NCBI GenBank assembly: GCA_963703955.1
Contig: CAVPGK010000012.1
Location: 1 to 64,000 of the forward strand
Direction of reading: 5' to 3'
Origin: Nitrospirota bacterium
GTDB lineage: Bacteria; Nitrospirota; Nitrospiria; Nitrospirales; Nitrospiraceae
DNA length: 64,000 bases
In this document: positions 52,562 to 64,000 of the stretch, in pieces
Layout: each line of letters starts with the position of its first letter
Numbering within the stretch: position 1 is the stretch's first letter
Notes under the pieces: model-generated
Seen by the model: the letters and a program-made list of their open reading frames with translations, nothing else
The model's database searches: none
Told to the model about the DNA's origin: nothing
Made by a program: the position numbers and the translations under genes

Positions 52562-53585
52562 ATGAAGACACGAACAACCCTCTTAACTGGGACTGCACTA
52601 GCATTATTCCTTACCTCCCATGTCCTTGGCGCCGGGGGACCGCTGGAAAAAAAATACTGACCAGTTTATTCAGGTGCTTGCCGCAAAGGGCGGCCCACCG
52701 ATTTACACGCTCTCGATCGCAGAGGCTCGCAAGGTGCTCGACGACGCACAGTCCGGGCCCGTCAAGAAATTGCCAGCTCAGATCGAAGACCGGACCATCC
52801 CGGGCGGGCCAACCGGTGAAATCTCAATTCGAATCATTCGTCCGAAGCAAGGCACCGGGAAATTACCTGTGGTCATGTATTTCCACGGCGGGGGATGGAT
52901 CTTGGGCAACAAGAACACACACGATCGTCTCGTCCGTGAGATCGCGAACGGCGCGAAGGCGGCCGTTGTATTTGTGAACTACGCTCCATCACCGGAGGCA
53001 AAATATCCCACCGCTATTGAACAGGCATACACCGCGACGAAGTACATCGCCGAGCACGGGAAGACTCTGAATCTCGACTCTACGCGCCTTGCAGTAGCTG
53101 GTGACAGTGTCGGTGGGAATATGGCGGCGGTCGTCACGCTGCTGGCCAAGGAGCGGGGAGGTCCGAAGATCAACCACCAAGTGCTTTTCTACCCTGTCAC
53201 CGATGCCAACCTCGATAATCCCTCGTATAAAGAGTTTGCCAACGATCCTTGGCTTACCAAACCGGCTATGGAGTGGTTCTGGAGCGCCTACGTCCCGGAT
53301 GTTGCCGAGCGGAAAAAGCCGACCATCTCCCCTCTTCAGGCTCCGATCGATCAGCTGAAGGGTTTGCCGCCAGCCCTCGTGATCACCGATGAGAATGATG
53401 TCCTACGCGATGAGGGTGAGGCGTACGCCCATAAACTTAGCCAAGCGGGCGTGAGTGTGACCGCAATGCGCTACCTAGGAACCATCCATGATTTCGTTAT
53501 GCTCAACACCATCATGGACACCCCGGCAGCCCGCAGTGCGATCGGTCTGGCCAACGCAAACTTGCAACGGGCTTTTGCCAAATAA
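52562..53585 (+). CDS. Secreted HSL-family esterase/lipase; frameshift in the A8 run at 52647-52654
   Basis: HGGG, GDSVGG, DVLRDEG and HDF motifs. The signal peptide from ATG 52562 joins the main frame if the A run is 7 nt. Confidence 0.85.
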
Positions 53586-53688
53586 GGACCGGCAGTCGGG
53601 GTTGACTCGGGTCCTAGTTCACCACGCCAGGCCCTGAGCTCGCACCGACGACGGCCAATTCGAGACCGCTACGAGAAGGAGGGCTGTG

Positions 53689-55096
53689 ATGAGGACCAAG
53701 ACAGCAATTCACATAGGGGTCATCGTAGGATGGCTCTGTGTCGGGACCCTCGTCCTGGGCATCGCGTATAGCCGTGACAACGACCAGAAGGGAACGAGCT
53801 ACTCGCCCGTCGATATTACGGAGGGTTTCGCCACCATCATGACCCGCATGAAGGCCGCGAAGCCTGAGGTCATGAAGCGGCAGATGGATTTGCTCCATGA
53901 GCGGTATGACTTAGCGAACCGCCCGGCTAAGGATGTCACGATGTCCCGCGGAAAGCCTATCCAGGAAGGCGTACGAGCCAGACTTCCCCAGGGAGTGACC
54001 TGGGAGAAGCTAGAGGCCATGAGCCCCGAAGAGATTCGTGAAAAGGATGTGTTCCCGGCGGGGTTCTTTCCTCTTCCCCACCCAATCACCCAGAAGGCGG
54101 CATGCTTTTCCCCAAGTTCCACATCGACGAGATTCAGAAGCAGGAGGGGCGAGATCTCACCCGCTTTGACCTGGATTTCGATCTGCCCGATCCATTTTCT
54201 TCCCGAGTTCCCGGCGCCCATCTATCTGACGACACGGCCCGACCTCGGTGACGTGTCTCAGGGCAAGTTGGTGACCATGGATAACTATTACGAACTGTTC
54301 AACGGGATTCTGAATCCCAAGCAGCTCGAGGGCTTACGCCTGCTGCGTCACCCCGTTCCCGCAGCAACAGTTCAACCAGACTGAGGACCGGCGCACGGCG
54401 CGCCCCAGCCGTGGCGTCATCTGCTTCGATTGTCATGCCAACGGCCATACGAATGCCAGCACCCATTTGGTCGGCGACATCCGCCCCCAGGAGTTCCGTC
54501 ATCGCCTTGACACGCCTTCGCTGCGCGGCGTGAATATCCAGCGTCTGTTCGGCTCACAGCGAGCGCTGAAGAGCGTCGAGGACTTCACGGAGTTTGAACA
54601 GCGCGCGGCCTACTTTGACGGGGATCCGGTGATCGCCACGAAAAAAGGCGCCAACATCCTGGAACGAGGGAGCCAGGTGCACTTCATGGCGGAGTTCCAA
54701 GCGCTCCTGGACTTCCCGCCGGCACCCAAACTCGGCATCGACGGCAAGCTAAATCCGAAAAAGGCCACCGAGTCTGAGATGCGCGGGCAGGCCCTGTTCT
54801 TTGGCAAAGCCAAGTGCGCGAGCTGCCATCAACCGCCCTACTATACGGACAATCTCATGCACAACCTGAAGGTGGAGCGCTTCTATAAGCCGCGCATGAT
54901 CAACGGCAGGATGGCGTCAGCCGACGGCCCCATCAAGACATTTCCCTTGCGCGGCATCAAGGACTCGCCGCCCTATCTGCATGACGGCCGGCTGCTGACG
55001 ATCGAGGACACCGTCGAGTTCTTCAACCTGATTCTGGAGCTCAAGCTGACCGAGGTGGAAAAGAAAGATCTGGTAGCGTTCCTCCGCGCACTATAG
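53689..55096 (+). CDS. Di-heme cytochrome c peroxidase-like protein (frameshifts near 54085, 54190, 54345)
   Basis: Signal peptide; CFDCH (~54422) and CASCH (~54815); DTPSLRG and TFPLRGIKDSPPYLHDG typical of the CCP/MauG superfamily. Confidence 0.8.
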
Positions 55097-55166
55097 CAAC
55101 CTCTGATAGAATGAATTGGCTTTCCTGACGCTGTAAGCAGGAACCTAGAGGAGAGGAGTGTATCTA

Positions 55167-56106
55167 ATGACCGACCTAACGCGTCGCGATATCCTCATTG
55201 GTGGTGCGGCCATGGAAGCGGCTGCAGCACTTCCAGCCAAGATCATTGCCGCAGTCGCCAAAACGGAAACTTCAGGATCCCCCAGCAGTAACAAAGGAGG
55301 ACATCCCATGACGGCGATCATGACCAAAGATGGCACGCAGATTTACTACAAGGACTGGGGCAAAGGGACAGCCAGTGGTCTTCAGCTATGGCTGGGCGCG
55401 GACGCTTTTGAAGGCCAAATGTTCTTTCTCGCGTCCCGCGGATACCGCTACATCGCCCATGATCGCCGCGGCCATGGCCGCTCGAGCCAGCCCTGGAACG
55501 GCAACGACATGGACACTTACGCCGACGACCTCGCGACCCTGGTCAAGAATCTCGACCTAAAGAACGCAATTCATGTCGACCACTCTACCGGGGGTGGTGA
55601 AGTCGCCCGGCACGAAGCGCGTGGCCAAGGCCGTGCTGATCGGCGCAGTACCGCCGCTGATGCTGTAGACGGCCGCCAATCCCGGCGGCTTGCCGATCGA
55701 GGTTTTCGACGACATCCGCGCCAAGGTCCTGGCCGATCGCTCGCAGTTCTGGAAGGATCTCACCCTGCCGTTCTACGGCTATAACAGGCCGGGCGCGATG
55801 ATCTCGGAGGGGGTGCGCGAGTCGTTTTGGCTTCAGGGAATGATGGCCGGTTTCCCCGCCGCCTACTTCTGCATCAAGGCGTTCTCGGAGACGGACCTCA
55901 CCGAGGATCTCAAGAAGATGAACGTGCCGACGCTGATCATGCACGGGGACGACGATCAAATCGTGCCCATCGGAGCCTCGGCCATGCTCTCGTCCAAGAT
56001 CGTCAAGAATGCGACGCTCAAGGTCTACAAGGGTGCGCGGCACGGCATGTGCACGACGCACAAGGACCAGGTCAACGCCGATCTACTCGCGTTCCTCAAG
56101 GCGTAA
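55167..56106 (+). pseudogene. Non-heme haloperoxidase-type alpha/beta hydrolase with Tat-like leader, decayed
   Basis: [42 protein letters not shown] and HG motifs; multi-codon deletions, frameshifts and an in-frame TAG near 55666. Confidence 0.8.
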
Positions 56107-56191
56107 AGGAGACGAATAGGTCTGGGGAACTCGAGCTGTAAGGTTCGCAATACGCACAGATCGTGGACCGAGCTTAGCTTGTGGAGTTTTT

Positions 56192-57115
56192 ATGAATGTA
56201 CAGCCAGGCATCCTTGAACCGCAGCAAGAGCATCTGGACGTCATCTTCCTCAACGCCACCACAAGCAACCACACCACACTCCTAGGCGCGCTCCAACGCC
56301 TCTCCGAGGATGCGGCACGCCTCATGGAGCAACACGTGGCATCCGAACTGACTGTGACCGTCGGCTTCGGCAGCGGATTCGTGGACAAGTTCTCGCCCAA
56401 GCGGCGGCCGAAAGCACTGCGTTCCATGCCACGCTTTGAGGGCGACGAGTACGACCCTGCGGAGACACAGGCAGATATGGTCGTGCAAATCTGCAGCAAC
56501 GTGAAGTTCGCGAACCACACCGCAGGCGAGAAACTCCTCGGCCTCCTTAGTCGGGCGTTCACACCCAAGGCATACCATCAGGGATTCACCTTCCCGGGTA
56601 GTCGCGGCGTGCTCGGCTTTATCGATGGCACGGCCAACCCGGGCACTGAGGACCGGCCCAGCGTAGTGCTCGTCGGCGACGCCGATCCCGCCTTCAGGGA
56701 CGGCTCATACATGCTCTTCCGCAAGATCCGCGAGGACGTGGCCGCCTGGAACAAGCTCTCTCTCAGGGCACAGGAAGACGCCATGGGTCGTCGCAAGGCC
56801 GACAGCGCGGAGTATCCCGACGCCCCCACGACAAGCCACAAGAAGAAAAGCGACGTGAAGGTGGGCCGACGTGATATCAAAATCTACCGGCGCTCGTATC
56901 CCTTTTGGTCGCCCTTCGAGACCGGGCTGCTGTTCATCTGCTACCAGGCGGACCCGGGCCAGTACGAGACTATTAAGAAGAGCATGGTCAGTAAGGCCAA
57001 GGGTGGTCATGACTGTCTGGAGGAATACTATCATGCCGTGGAAGGCGGGTATTACTTCATGCCGCCTCGGCCGACAAACAGGGCAGGTTTCATTGGTGCT
57101 TTTCTGTTCCGGTAA
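56192..57115 (+). CDS. Dyp-type heme peroxidase
   Basis: GFIDGTANP, DGSYMLFRKI, MGRRK, SH, IYRRSYPF and GGYYFMP motifs. Confidence 0.88.
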   Translation: MNVQPGILEPQQEHLDVIFLNATTSNHTTLLGALQRLSEDAARLMEQHVASELTVTVGFGSGFVDKFSPKRRPKALRSMPRFEGDEYDPAETQADMVVQICSNVKFANHTAGEKLLGLLSRAFTPKAYHQGFTFPGSRGVLGFIDGTANPGTEDRPSVVLVGDADPAFRDGSYMLFRKIREDVAAWNKLSLRAQEDAMGRRKADSAEYPDAPTTSHKKKSDVKVGRRDIKIYRRSYPFWSPFETGLLFICYQADPGQYETIKKSMVSKAKGGHDCLEEYYHAVEGGYYFMPPRPTNRAGFIGAFLFR

Positions 57116-57165
57116 TTGGTTCTTCAGGTATTTAGACTGACATGCGTCCTTGAAGGGGCATATGT

Positions 57166-57625
57166 ATGGCTGCTGACGTATGGCCGCCGTTGCCATTGCA
57201 AGATTGGAAGGACACCTATGCGACGCTTCACATGTGGACGCAAATCGTCGGCAAGATCCGGCTTGCACAAACACCGCCGTTCAATCACTGGTGGAATGTC
57301 ACTCTCTACGTCACGTCTCGCGGACTGACGACATCAGCGATGCCGTACGATGATCGCATTTTCGAGATGGAATTCGATTTTCTAGATCACAACCTGCTCA
57401 TCAAATCCAGTGACGGCGGCTCCAAGGCCGTCCGGCTCTACCCGCGCTCTGTGGCCGACTTTTATCGGGAAGCGCTGGCGGCCCTGCAATCGCTTCGCAT
57501 CCCTGTGACCATCTGGAGCAGGCCGGTGGAGGTGGAAGACCGAACACCCTTTGAACAGGATCAGACGCATGCGGCCTATGATCCAGAATATGCGCAGCGT
57601 GTCTGGCGCATTCTGCTGCAGACAA
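57166..57625 (+). pseudogene. DUF5996-like protein, N-terminal half only
   Basis: WPPLPL..WKDT.ATLHMWTQIVGKIRL...NHWWNVTLYV. Protein-like sequence ends near RILLQT; the ORF tail to 57867 is read-through of unrelated DNA. Confidence 0.65.
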
Positions 57626-57647
57626 GAAGACACCAGCCGGGCAACGG

Positions 57648-57704
57648 TATCAGCCCGGTGAGCACTGGCGATGGTGCTACCCCGACGAGCTGTTCATGGA
57701 ATAG
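57648..57704 (+). pseudogene. C-terminal fragment resembling bacterial UBP-type zinc-finger proteins
   Basis: An alternative frame reads YQPGEHWRWCYPDELFME-stop, followed by an AGGAGAGG RBS. Confidence 0.5.
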
Positions 57705-58285
57705 CCAACGTAGGAGAGGAATGGCATGGAAGACCAAGGAAAAGATCAGGCTGGATGACTGCCCCGGCTTCCTATTACGGCCAGAGTCATCATTCCGAAC
57801 ACTGAACGTTTCAGGAGCCATGCGGTTCCATTGCGTGGCTCCTGAAAGACTACCCTCCGCCAGATGAGAGCCAGCTTAGTCAGATGACGAACTCCATCGT
57901 CACTGACGACCTCTCGTCATCGTCACGTCGTCACTACGGCCGTTTTCCACACATCCATTTCCGACGCTGGAGAGATTGTTCCGTTGTCACAAGTACTTGT
58001 GACGGAATTGTCCTAATTAGGAGATGTGGAACGGTCCTTGCCGTTCGGTATTGGCAGACCAAGTGTCGGCTGGGCTGGTGAACGAACAGTTCATCCAACG
58101 ATCGAGAACTGAAAGGGAGGTCGAGTCATGAAAGAACCTTCTATCTGGATGTGGTATCTGATGTTTTTGAGCGTCCCGCTGATGATGCTGGCGCCCTTTG
58201 TAAATGACATGATGAAAGCGCCGGCTGGTCAAGCAACGAGCGCTCGCAACTGAATGCAACAGTAAGGAAGGGAGATTGGGCATCC

Positions 58286-58654
58286 ATGGGACACGTCATC
58301 ATTAGTTCCATTATTCTGAGCATATTCGCGTTCGCCCCCTATGGATTTGCCGAGGTGGGCGGCCAACACATCCCCGGGACGCATGTGAAGGTCTCCGGAG
58401 TCGTCTCAAAGGTGCAATCGGGCGCGCTCTTCATCAAGACCTCGCGTGGACAGATGACCGCGTCGGCAGGCGGGCTCAAGGGTTTCAAGATCGGCGACGA
58501 GGTTGATGTCTGGATGAATGAAAGCAATACGGTCATCGAGGTGCGTCGGGCAAGCGTCAAGATGAATGTTCGAGAACGTCCGCTTATGAAGTCCGCCCAC
58601 CGCTCCGGAGCCGACGCGGCAGTCACGAAAATCGATCCGGGCCTGATCTTCTGA
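58286..58654 (+). CDS. Hypothetical exported OB-fold-like protein, possibly truncated
   Basis: RBS, signal peptide, VSGVVSKV...FKIGDEVDVW. Confidence 0.5.
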   Translation: MGHVIISSIILSIFAFAPYGFAEVGGQHIPGTHVKVSGVVSKVQSGALFIKTSRGQMTASAGGLKGFKIGDEVDVWMNESNTVIEVRRASVKMNVRERPLMKSAHRSGADAAVTKIDPGLIF

Positions 58655-58903
58655 AAGGTCCAGAAAGCGAGACCCATGTTTGTTGCCGCTGACTGGCTGT
58701 GATCTGAGCGAGATGACAAGTTGCCGTGGCTTGGTGCACGGTCCTCACCAGGGAGGACGCGCGACGAGGCCAAGATCCACAGTCGGTGAATCGGCTCATG
58801 CTTCTCACGGCGTGCGCTTGCAATTTCTCCTCTTGCATACGAGTCTCGTGCCAGCTTACCTTTAGTACGGAAAAGGCATTCTAATTCTAAGGGGGAACGA
58901 GAC

Positions 58904-60100
58904 ATGCCGGTCGCCATCTGGACCATCAGACTCTCAGCCATCTTTCTCTTGGGTGTGGGAACGGCAGGATTGTTGGGCTGTAAGAAGGAGGCCGCGTCAA
59001 CGCCTGCTCCTCCTATACCCCAGGTCGAGGTGGTCATTGCCAGCCCACAGACTGTGTCTGATGAACCGGAATTCATTGGCCAAGCTGAGGCCTCCCGCAT
59101 TGTCGAGATTCGACCGCAGGTGACGGGGATGATCAAACAGCGCTTCTTCCGCGAGGGAGGTGACGTCAAGAAGGGCGATCCCCTGTATCAGATCGATCCG
59201 GTGCCATTCAAGGCGGCGGAGATCAGCGCCAAGGGAAGGGTCTCGCAAGCCGAGGCTCGGCTCGTCCAGGCTCAGCAAAATCATGCTCGCGTGAAGCCGC
59301 TCCTGGCGGAACAGGCTGTGAGCCAAAAGGATGTCGATGATGCGGTCGCAGAACAACTTGCCGCCAAGGCTGCTCTGGAAGGCGCCAAGGGAGATCTGGT
59401 CAAGGCCAAATTCGATCTCGATAATACGAACATCGTCGCGCCAATCGACGGCCTGATCGAGCGAACCCGCTATTACGAGGGCCGGCTGGTCACCGCCCAG
59501 ACCGACCTCCTGACCATCATCCACCAGGTGGACCCCATGTACGTCATCGTGAGCGCCCCGGAGAGCTTTCTGCTGAAGCGGAGACGGGACATCATCGCCA
59601 AGCGGATTCAGCACCCGGGGATCTACCAATTGACGGGCAGGATTACCTTTGTTGACGGCACCACTTATGAACACGAGGGCGTCTTGGATTTTGCCGACGT
59701 CGGTCTGCGTACCGAGACAGGGTCCCGGCAGGCCCGCGTGGTCTTCCCCAATCCCGAACGGGTCCTGCTGCCCGGCCAGTTCGTCACCGTGCTCTTCCAC
59801 GGCGTGTCGAAGCCTAATGTCATCCTGGTTCCGCAGCGAGCGGTGCAGCAGGGACCGAAGGGCCCTGTTCTGTATGTGGTCGGGGCCGACGACCACGTAG
59901 AGATCCGCGATGTCCAGGCTACGAGTTGGCAGGGCAAACAGTGGCTCATCGAGGAAGGGCTGCGCGTAGGCGAACAGGTAGTGGTGGACGGCTTCCAACG
60001 AATCATTCCCGGACAGCCGGTCAAACCGGTTCCCTACACGGTGGCCGATGCCACTCCCGCGAACCAGCCGACTGGCACCAAGACGGAGCAGACGAAGTGA
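58904..60100 (+). CDS. RND efflux periplasmic adaptor (AcrA/MexA family lipoprotein)
   Basis: LLGC lipobox; VEIRPQVTG, LYQIDP, IVAPIDG and LLPGQFV motifs. Confidence 0.92.
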   Translation: MPVAIWTIRLSAIFLLGVGTAGLLGCKKEAASTPAPPIPQVEVVIASPQTVSDEPEFIGQAEASRIVEIRPQVTGMIKQRFFREGGDVKKGDPLYQIDPVPFKAAEISAKGRVSQAEARLVQAQQNHARVKPLLAEQAVSQKDVDDAVAEQLAAKAALEGAKGDLVKAKFDLDNTNIVAPIDGLIERTRYYEGRLVTAQTDLLTIIHQVDPMYVIVSAPESFLLKRRRDIIAKRIQHPGIYQLTGRITFVDGTTYEHEGVLDFADVGLRTETGSRQARVVFPNPERVLLPGQFVTVLFHGVSKPNVILVPQRAVQQGPKGPVLYVVGADDHVEIRDVQATSWQGKQWLIEEGLRVGEQVVVDGFQRIIPGQPVKPVPYTVADATPANQPTGTKTEQTK

Positions 60101-63100
60101 GTCCGCGCTTTTTCATCGATCGCCCCATCTTTGCGTCTGTCTTCTCCATCATCATCGTGGTGGTAGGCCTTGTGTCCTTGGAGGCCCTCCCAATTGCTCA
60201 GTTTCCGGAAATTACGCCGCCGGTGGTCCAGATCGATGCCGACTATCCCGGCGCGAGCGCGGAGGTGATAGCGGATTCGGTGGCGCGCCCCATCGAAGTG
60301 CAGCTCCCCGGCATTGACAATCTCCTCTACTACGACTCCACCAGCACCAACGATGGCCACATGACCATCAGGCTCACGTTCGAGATCGGGACGGACGTGG
60401 ATATTGCCCAGGTCCAGACACAGAACCGCGAAAAGCTGGCGGAACCGCAGATCCCGAATGAGGTCATTCGCCAAGGCATCTCGGTGAAAAAAGTATCCCC
60501 GGATCTGCTGGCGGTCGTGGCTCTGAGTTCCAGCGATCCCAGACACGACACCGTCTTTCTCTCTAACTATGCCATTCTCCGCGTGGTGGATAATATCAAG
60601 AGGCTTAAAGGCATGGGGGACGCCTACGTGTTCGGTCAGCAGAACTACAGTATGCGGTTGATCCTGGACCCGATCCGGATGGCGCAATTCGAGTCTCACG
60701 CCGACCGATATCGCGAACGTCGTCCGCGAGCAGAATCGAGACTTTCCGGCCGGCACCGTGGGGCGGGAGCCGGCACCCAAAGGAACCGAACTCACGATCC
60801 CTGTGATTACGCTAGGCCGCTTGACGGAAGTGAAGGACTTCGAGGACATGATCGTGAGGGCCCTTCCGAACGGCTCCATGGTAAGACTGAAAGATGTCGC
60901 CAAGGTCGAGTTGGGCGCCCAATCCTATGCCCTCGAAGGCCGGTGGAACGGTAAGCCCAACGTGTTTCTCTTAACCTTCCTGTCACCCGGAGCCAACGCT
61001 CTCGACACCGTGAAACGGGTCCGCAAGGAGATGGGAGAGGTAGCCAAGAGTTTCCCCACGGGGGTGTCGTGGGACATTCCTTATGACACGACCAAATTCA
61101 TCGAGGTGTCCATTGAGGAAGTCGTCAAGACCTTGGGGGCAGCGATGGTTTTGGTCATCCTGGTCGTCTATCTCTTTCTCCAGAGCTGGCGAACCACGTT
61201 GATTCCCGGCGTGGCGGTTCCGGTCTCCCTCATCGGCACCTTTGCCGGCATGCAGGCGCTCGGGTTCTCCATCAACACCCTGACGCTGTTCGGCATGGTG
61301 CTGGCCATTGGGATGGTGGTGGATGACGCGATCGTGGTCGTCGAGAACGTTGAGCGCCACATGAAGGAAGAATGTTGCTCCTCCAAAGAAGCCGCCAAGA
61401 GGGCCATGGATGAGGTCACCGGACCAGTGATCGCGATCGTGCTCGTCCTCTGTTCCGTGTTCGTGCCGGTGGGCTTCCTGGGAGGGATTACGGGCCAGCT
61501 CTATAAGCAATTTGCGATCACCATCGCCATGTCCGTGACGATCTCAGGGTTGGTGGCCCTCACGCTCAGCCCGGCCCTCTGTGCGCTGGTGCTGAAGCCG
61601 GGGAGCGAGGAGGGTCAACGCAAAGGCTTGTTCGCGCTCTTCAACAAGTTCTTTGATTGGACGAGAGACCGCTACACCGCAGTCGCTGGACTGGTCATCA
61701 AACGGGCGGCGCTGGCGCTGGTAGTCTTCGGCGCCGTGATCGCCCTCAGCGTCGGTCTCTTCCGGGTTCTCCCGTCCAGCTTCTTGCCGGATGAAGACCA
61801 GGGCTATTTCCTCACCATGATACAGCTTCCTGACGGGGCCTCCAAGCAACGGACCGATGCGGTCCTGAGCAAAGTGGAACGCTACTTTCTTTCGATTCCA
61901 GCGATCCATTCGACGGATGCGTTGTCCGGCCTTAACTTCGTCTTCAACACGCAGAGGGCCAAATGCCGCAACGATGTTCTTGCCGTTGCATCACTGGGAT
62001 GAACGACAAGGGCCGCATCAACATGTGAAAGCCCTCATCGGTGCAGCCTACGGAGAATTTGCGAAGATCCCCGAGGCGCTCATCTTGGCCTTCAACGCTC
62101 CTTCCATCAGGGGACTCGGCGCCACGGGGGGCTTTTCTGTGCAACTGCAGGACCCCAGCGGCGGGGACTTCACCAAGTTTGCCGCCGTCGATCAAGAGTT
62201 CCTCGCCAAGGCCAGACAGGACCCGGCCATCGGGGCCATTGGGACCAGCTTCCGCGTGAGTTCTCCGAGACTGTACGCCCACGTGAACCGGGAGCGAGCC
62301 AAGGCGTTGGGGGTTCCCATCTCCGAAGTCTTCGACACCCTCCAGGCCTTTTTCGGCAATCTGTACGTCAATGATTTCCTCAAATTCGGCCGCGTCTATC
62401 GGGTACAGACGGAGGCCGAGGCGCAGTATCGATCCAAACCCGAGGACATCTCCAAGATTTACGTGCGTGCCCTGAACGGACAAGGTCCGTCCATGATTCC
62501 GCTCGACACGGTGGTGACAACGGAATTCACCAGTGGGCCTGATCCCGTGACACACTTCAACGGATTCAACACAGCCTTGGTGCTGGGGGCGGCGGCTCCG
62601 GGGTACAGTTCTGGACAGGTGCTCGATGCACTGGAGCGGGTGGGCCGGGAGGTGCTGATCCCTCAGGGCTACGGGATTGACTGGAGCGGGATTACGTACC
62701 AAGAACGCCACGTCGGGCGACAGTCGGTCTTTGCCTTCGCGTTCGGCTTGCTGATGGTGTTTCTCGTGCTGGCCGCCCAGTACGAGAGCTGGACCGTTCC
62801 TTTCGGCGTGATCCTGGCCGTGCCCTTCGGCGTCTTCGGAGCCTTGTCCGCGGTGTGGGTTCGGGGGATGTCCAACGACATCTACTTCCAGATTGGATTG
62901 GTCACGCTGATCGGGTTGTCCGCCAAGAACGCGATTCTGATCGTCGAGTTTGCCAATAAACGGTACGAGGCGGGCATGCCAGGCGTCGATGCCGCGATCG
63001 AGGCCGCCAAGCTCCGGTTCCGCCCGATCATCATGACCTCGATGGCATTCATCCTGGGTGTCGTGCCTCTCGTGCTGGCCACGGGTGCCGGAGCTGCCAG

Positions 63101-63344
63101 CAGGCAGTCGATCGGGACCGGCGTGTTTGGCGGCATGCTCGCGGCCACCTTCTTGGCCATCTTCTTCGTACCGTTGTTTTTTGTGCTCGTTCGCAAGCTC
63201 AGCCATCGGGTGGCTCGACCGACCCCTGCGCCGACTGCAATGCCGGCGCAATCCGAAGGGAACGGCGCTCTGGAGGGTGTTTCGGAGCGTGATGGTTCAG
63301 CGCCCGCAGCGACGAAAGCAGGGTCTCACAAGGATGGAGGATAA
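60097..63344 (+). CDS. RND efflux permease (HAE1/AcrB family); frameshifts near 60690 and 61955
   Basis: FFIDRPIFA, GMVVDDAIVVVENVER, AKNAILIVEFA and LRFRPIIMTS motifs across three overlapping ORFs. Confidence 0.92.
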
Positions 63345-63346
63345 CG

Positions 63347-64000
63347 ATGCGCGGCGTGGCTATCATAGGATTCGCATTGCTTCTGCTTTCTTGCGCGGTC
63401 GGGCCGGATTACAAGCAACCGGAGGTTGCGAAGCCGGATACGTTCCGCATGGCGGGCGCGGAAGCGGAACTGACATCGATCGCCAATGTGCCTTGGTGGG
63501 AACTCTATCGAGACGAGGAACTCCAAAAGCTGATCCATATCGCGCTGGAGGAGAACAAGGATCTCAAGCGGGCTGTCGCGACAGTCGAGGAGTTCGAAGC
63601 GCGACTGCTCGTAGCCAGAACAGACTTCGCCCCTCAATTCAGCGCGACGGCCAACGCGCCGGCCTTCGGCCGAAAAAGCGTCTTTCTCGTTCCAGGCTTT
63701 CCCAACCCCTTTAATTACTATCTGCAGGGCAATCTCGACCTGGGAACTTGATATCTGGGGGCGGATCCGCCGATCCAATGAGGCGGGCCGTGGAGACTTG
63801 TTTGCTCGAGAGGAGAACCGCCGGGCCGTGATTCTGCAACTTGTGGGTGATGTGGCCCAGACCTACTTCGATCTCCTCCAGTTTGATATGCAGTTGGACA
63901 TCGCCAAACGCACGCTGAAGTCCTGGGAAGAGTCGGTGAAGATCGCTCAGGCCAGGTTGCGACAGGGAGTCATCTCAAAGTTGGATGCCGATCAGTTCGA
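63347..64000 (+). CDS. RND outer membrane lipoprotein (NodT/OprM family), partial; frameshift near 63737
   Basis: LLSCAVGPDY, WWELYRDEEL, then WELDIWGRIRR in the shifted frame; runs off the window. Confidence 0.9.

Noticed and set aside
56192..57115. DyP as encapsulin cargo
   Set aside because: No extended C-terminal targeting peptide and no encapsulin gene adjacent
1..64000. tRNA, rRNA, integrase or transposase genes
   Set aside because: None recognised by eye; a covariance scan would be needed to exclude small RNAs

Overview
Bacterial chromosomal window. A Nitrospira/Nitrospirota-like source is inferred from the combination of Pup, SmbP, a K+-independent H+-PPase and a PEP-CTERM gene. Housekeeping genes are ffh (partial), uvrB, uvrA, an RNase Z-like hydrolase, pepF, an acyl-CoA ligase, rel, recJ, pup and hppA. 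The standout is a two-partner secretion operon at about 17.5-28.4 kb on the minus strand. It comprises tpsB, a ~8.5 kb filamentous-haemagglutinin-type tpsA built from ~69-aa repeats that ends, in frame, in a ~165-aa linker plus a complete Pal/OmpA-type peptidoglycan-binding domain, then a Spy/CpxP-like gene and a small lipoprotein gene. A G10 tract lies upstream. Also present: a collapsed defence-island scar (hsdM and GHKL-ATPase 5' ends fused tail-to-tail), a Fur-boxed bfd without bfr, a dispersed palindromic repeat, a partly decayed peroxidase/hydrolase stress cluster (49.5-58.7 kb) and an RND efflux operon running off the end. Many single-base frameshifts, mostly insertions and including one in uvrB, suggest uncorrected long-read errors, so most split genes are probably intact in vivo. 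All product calls come from reading motifs by eye; no database searches were run.
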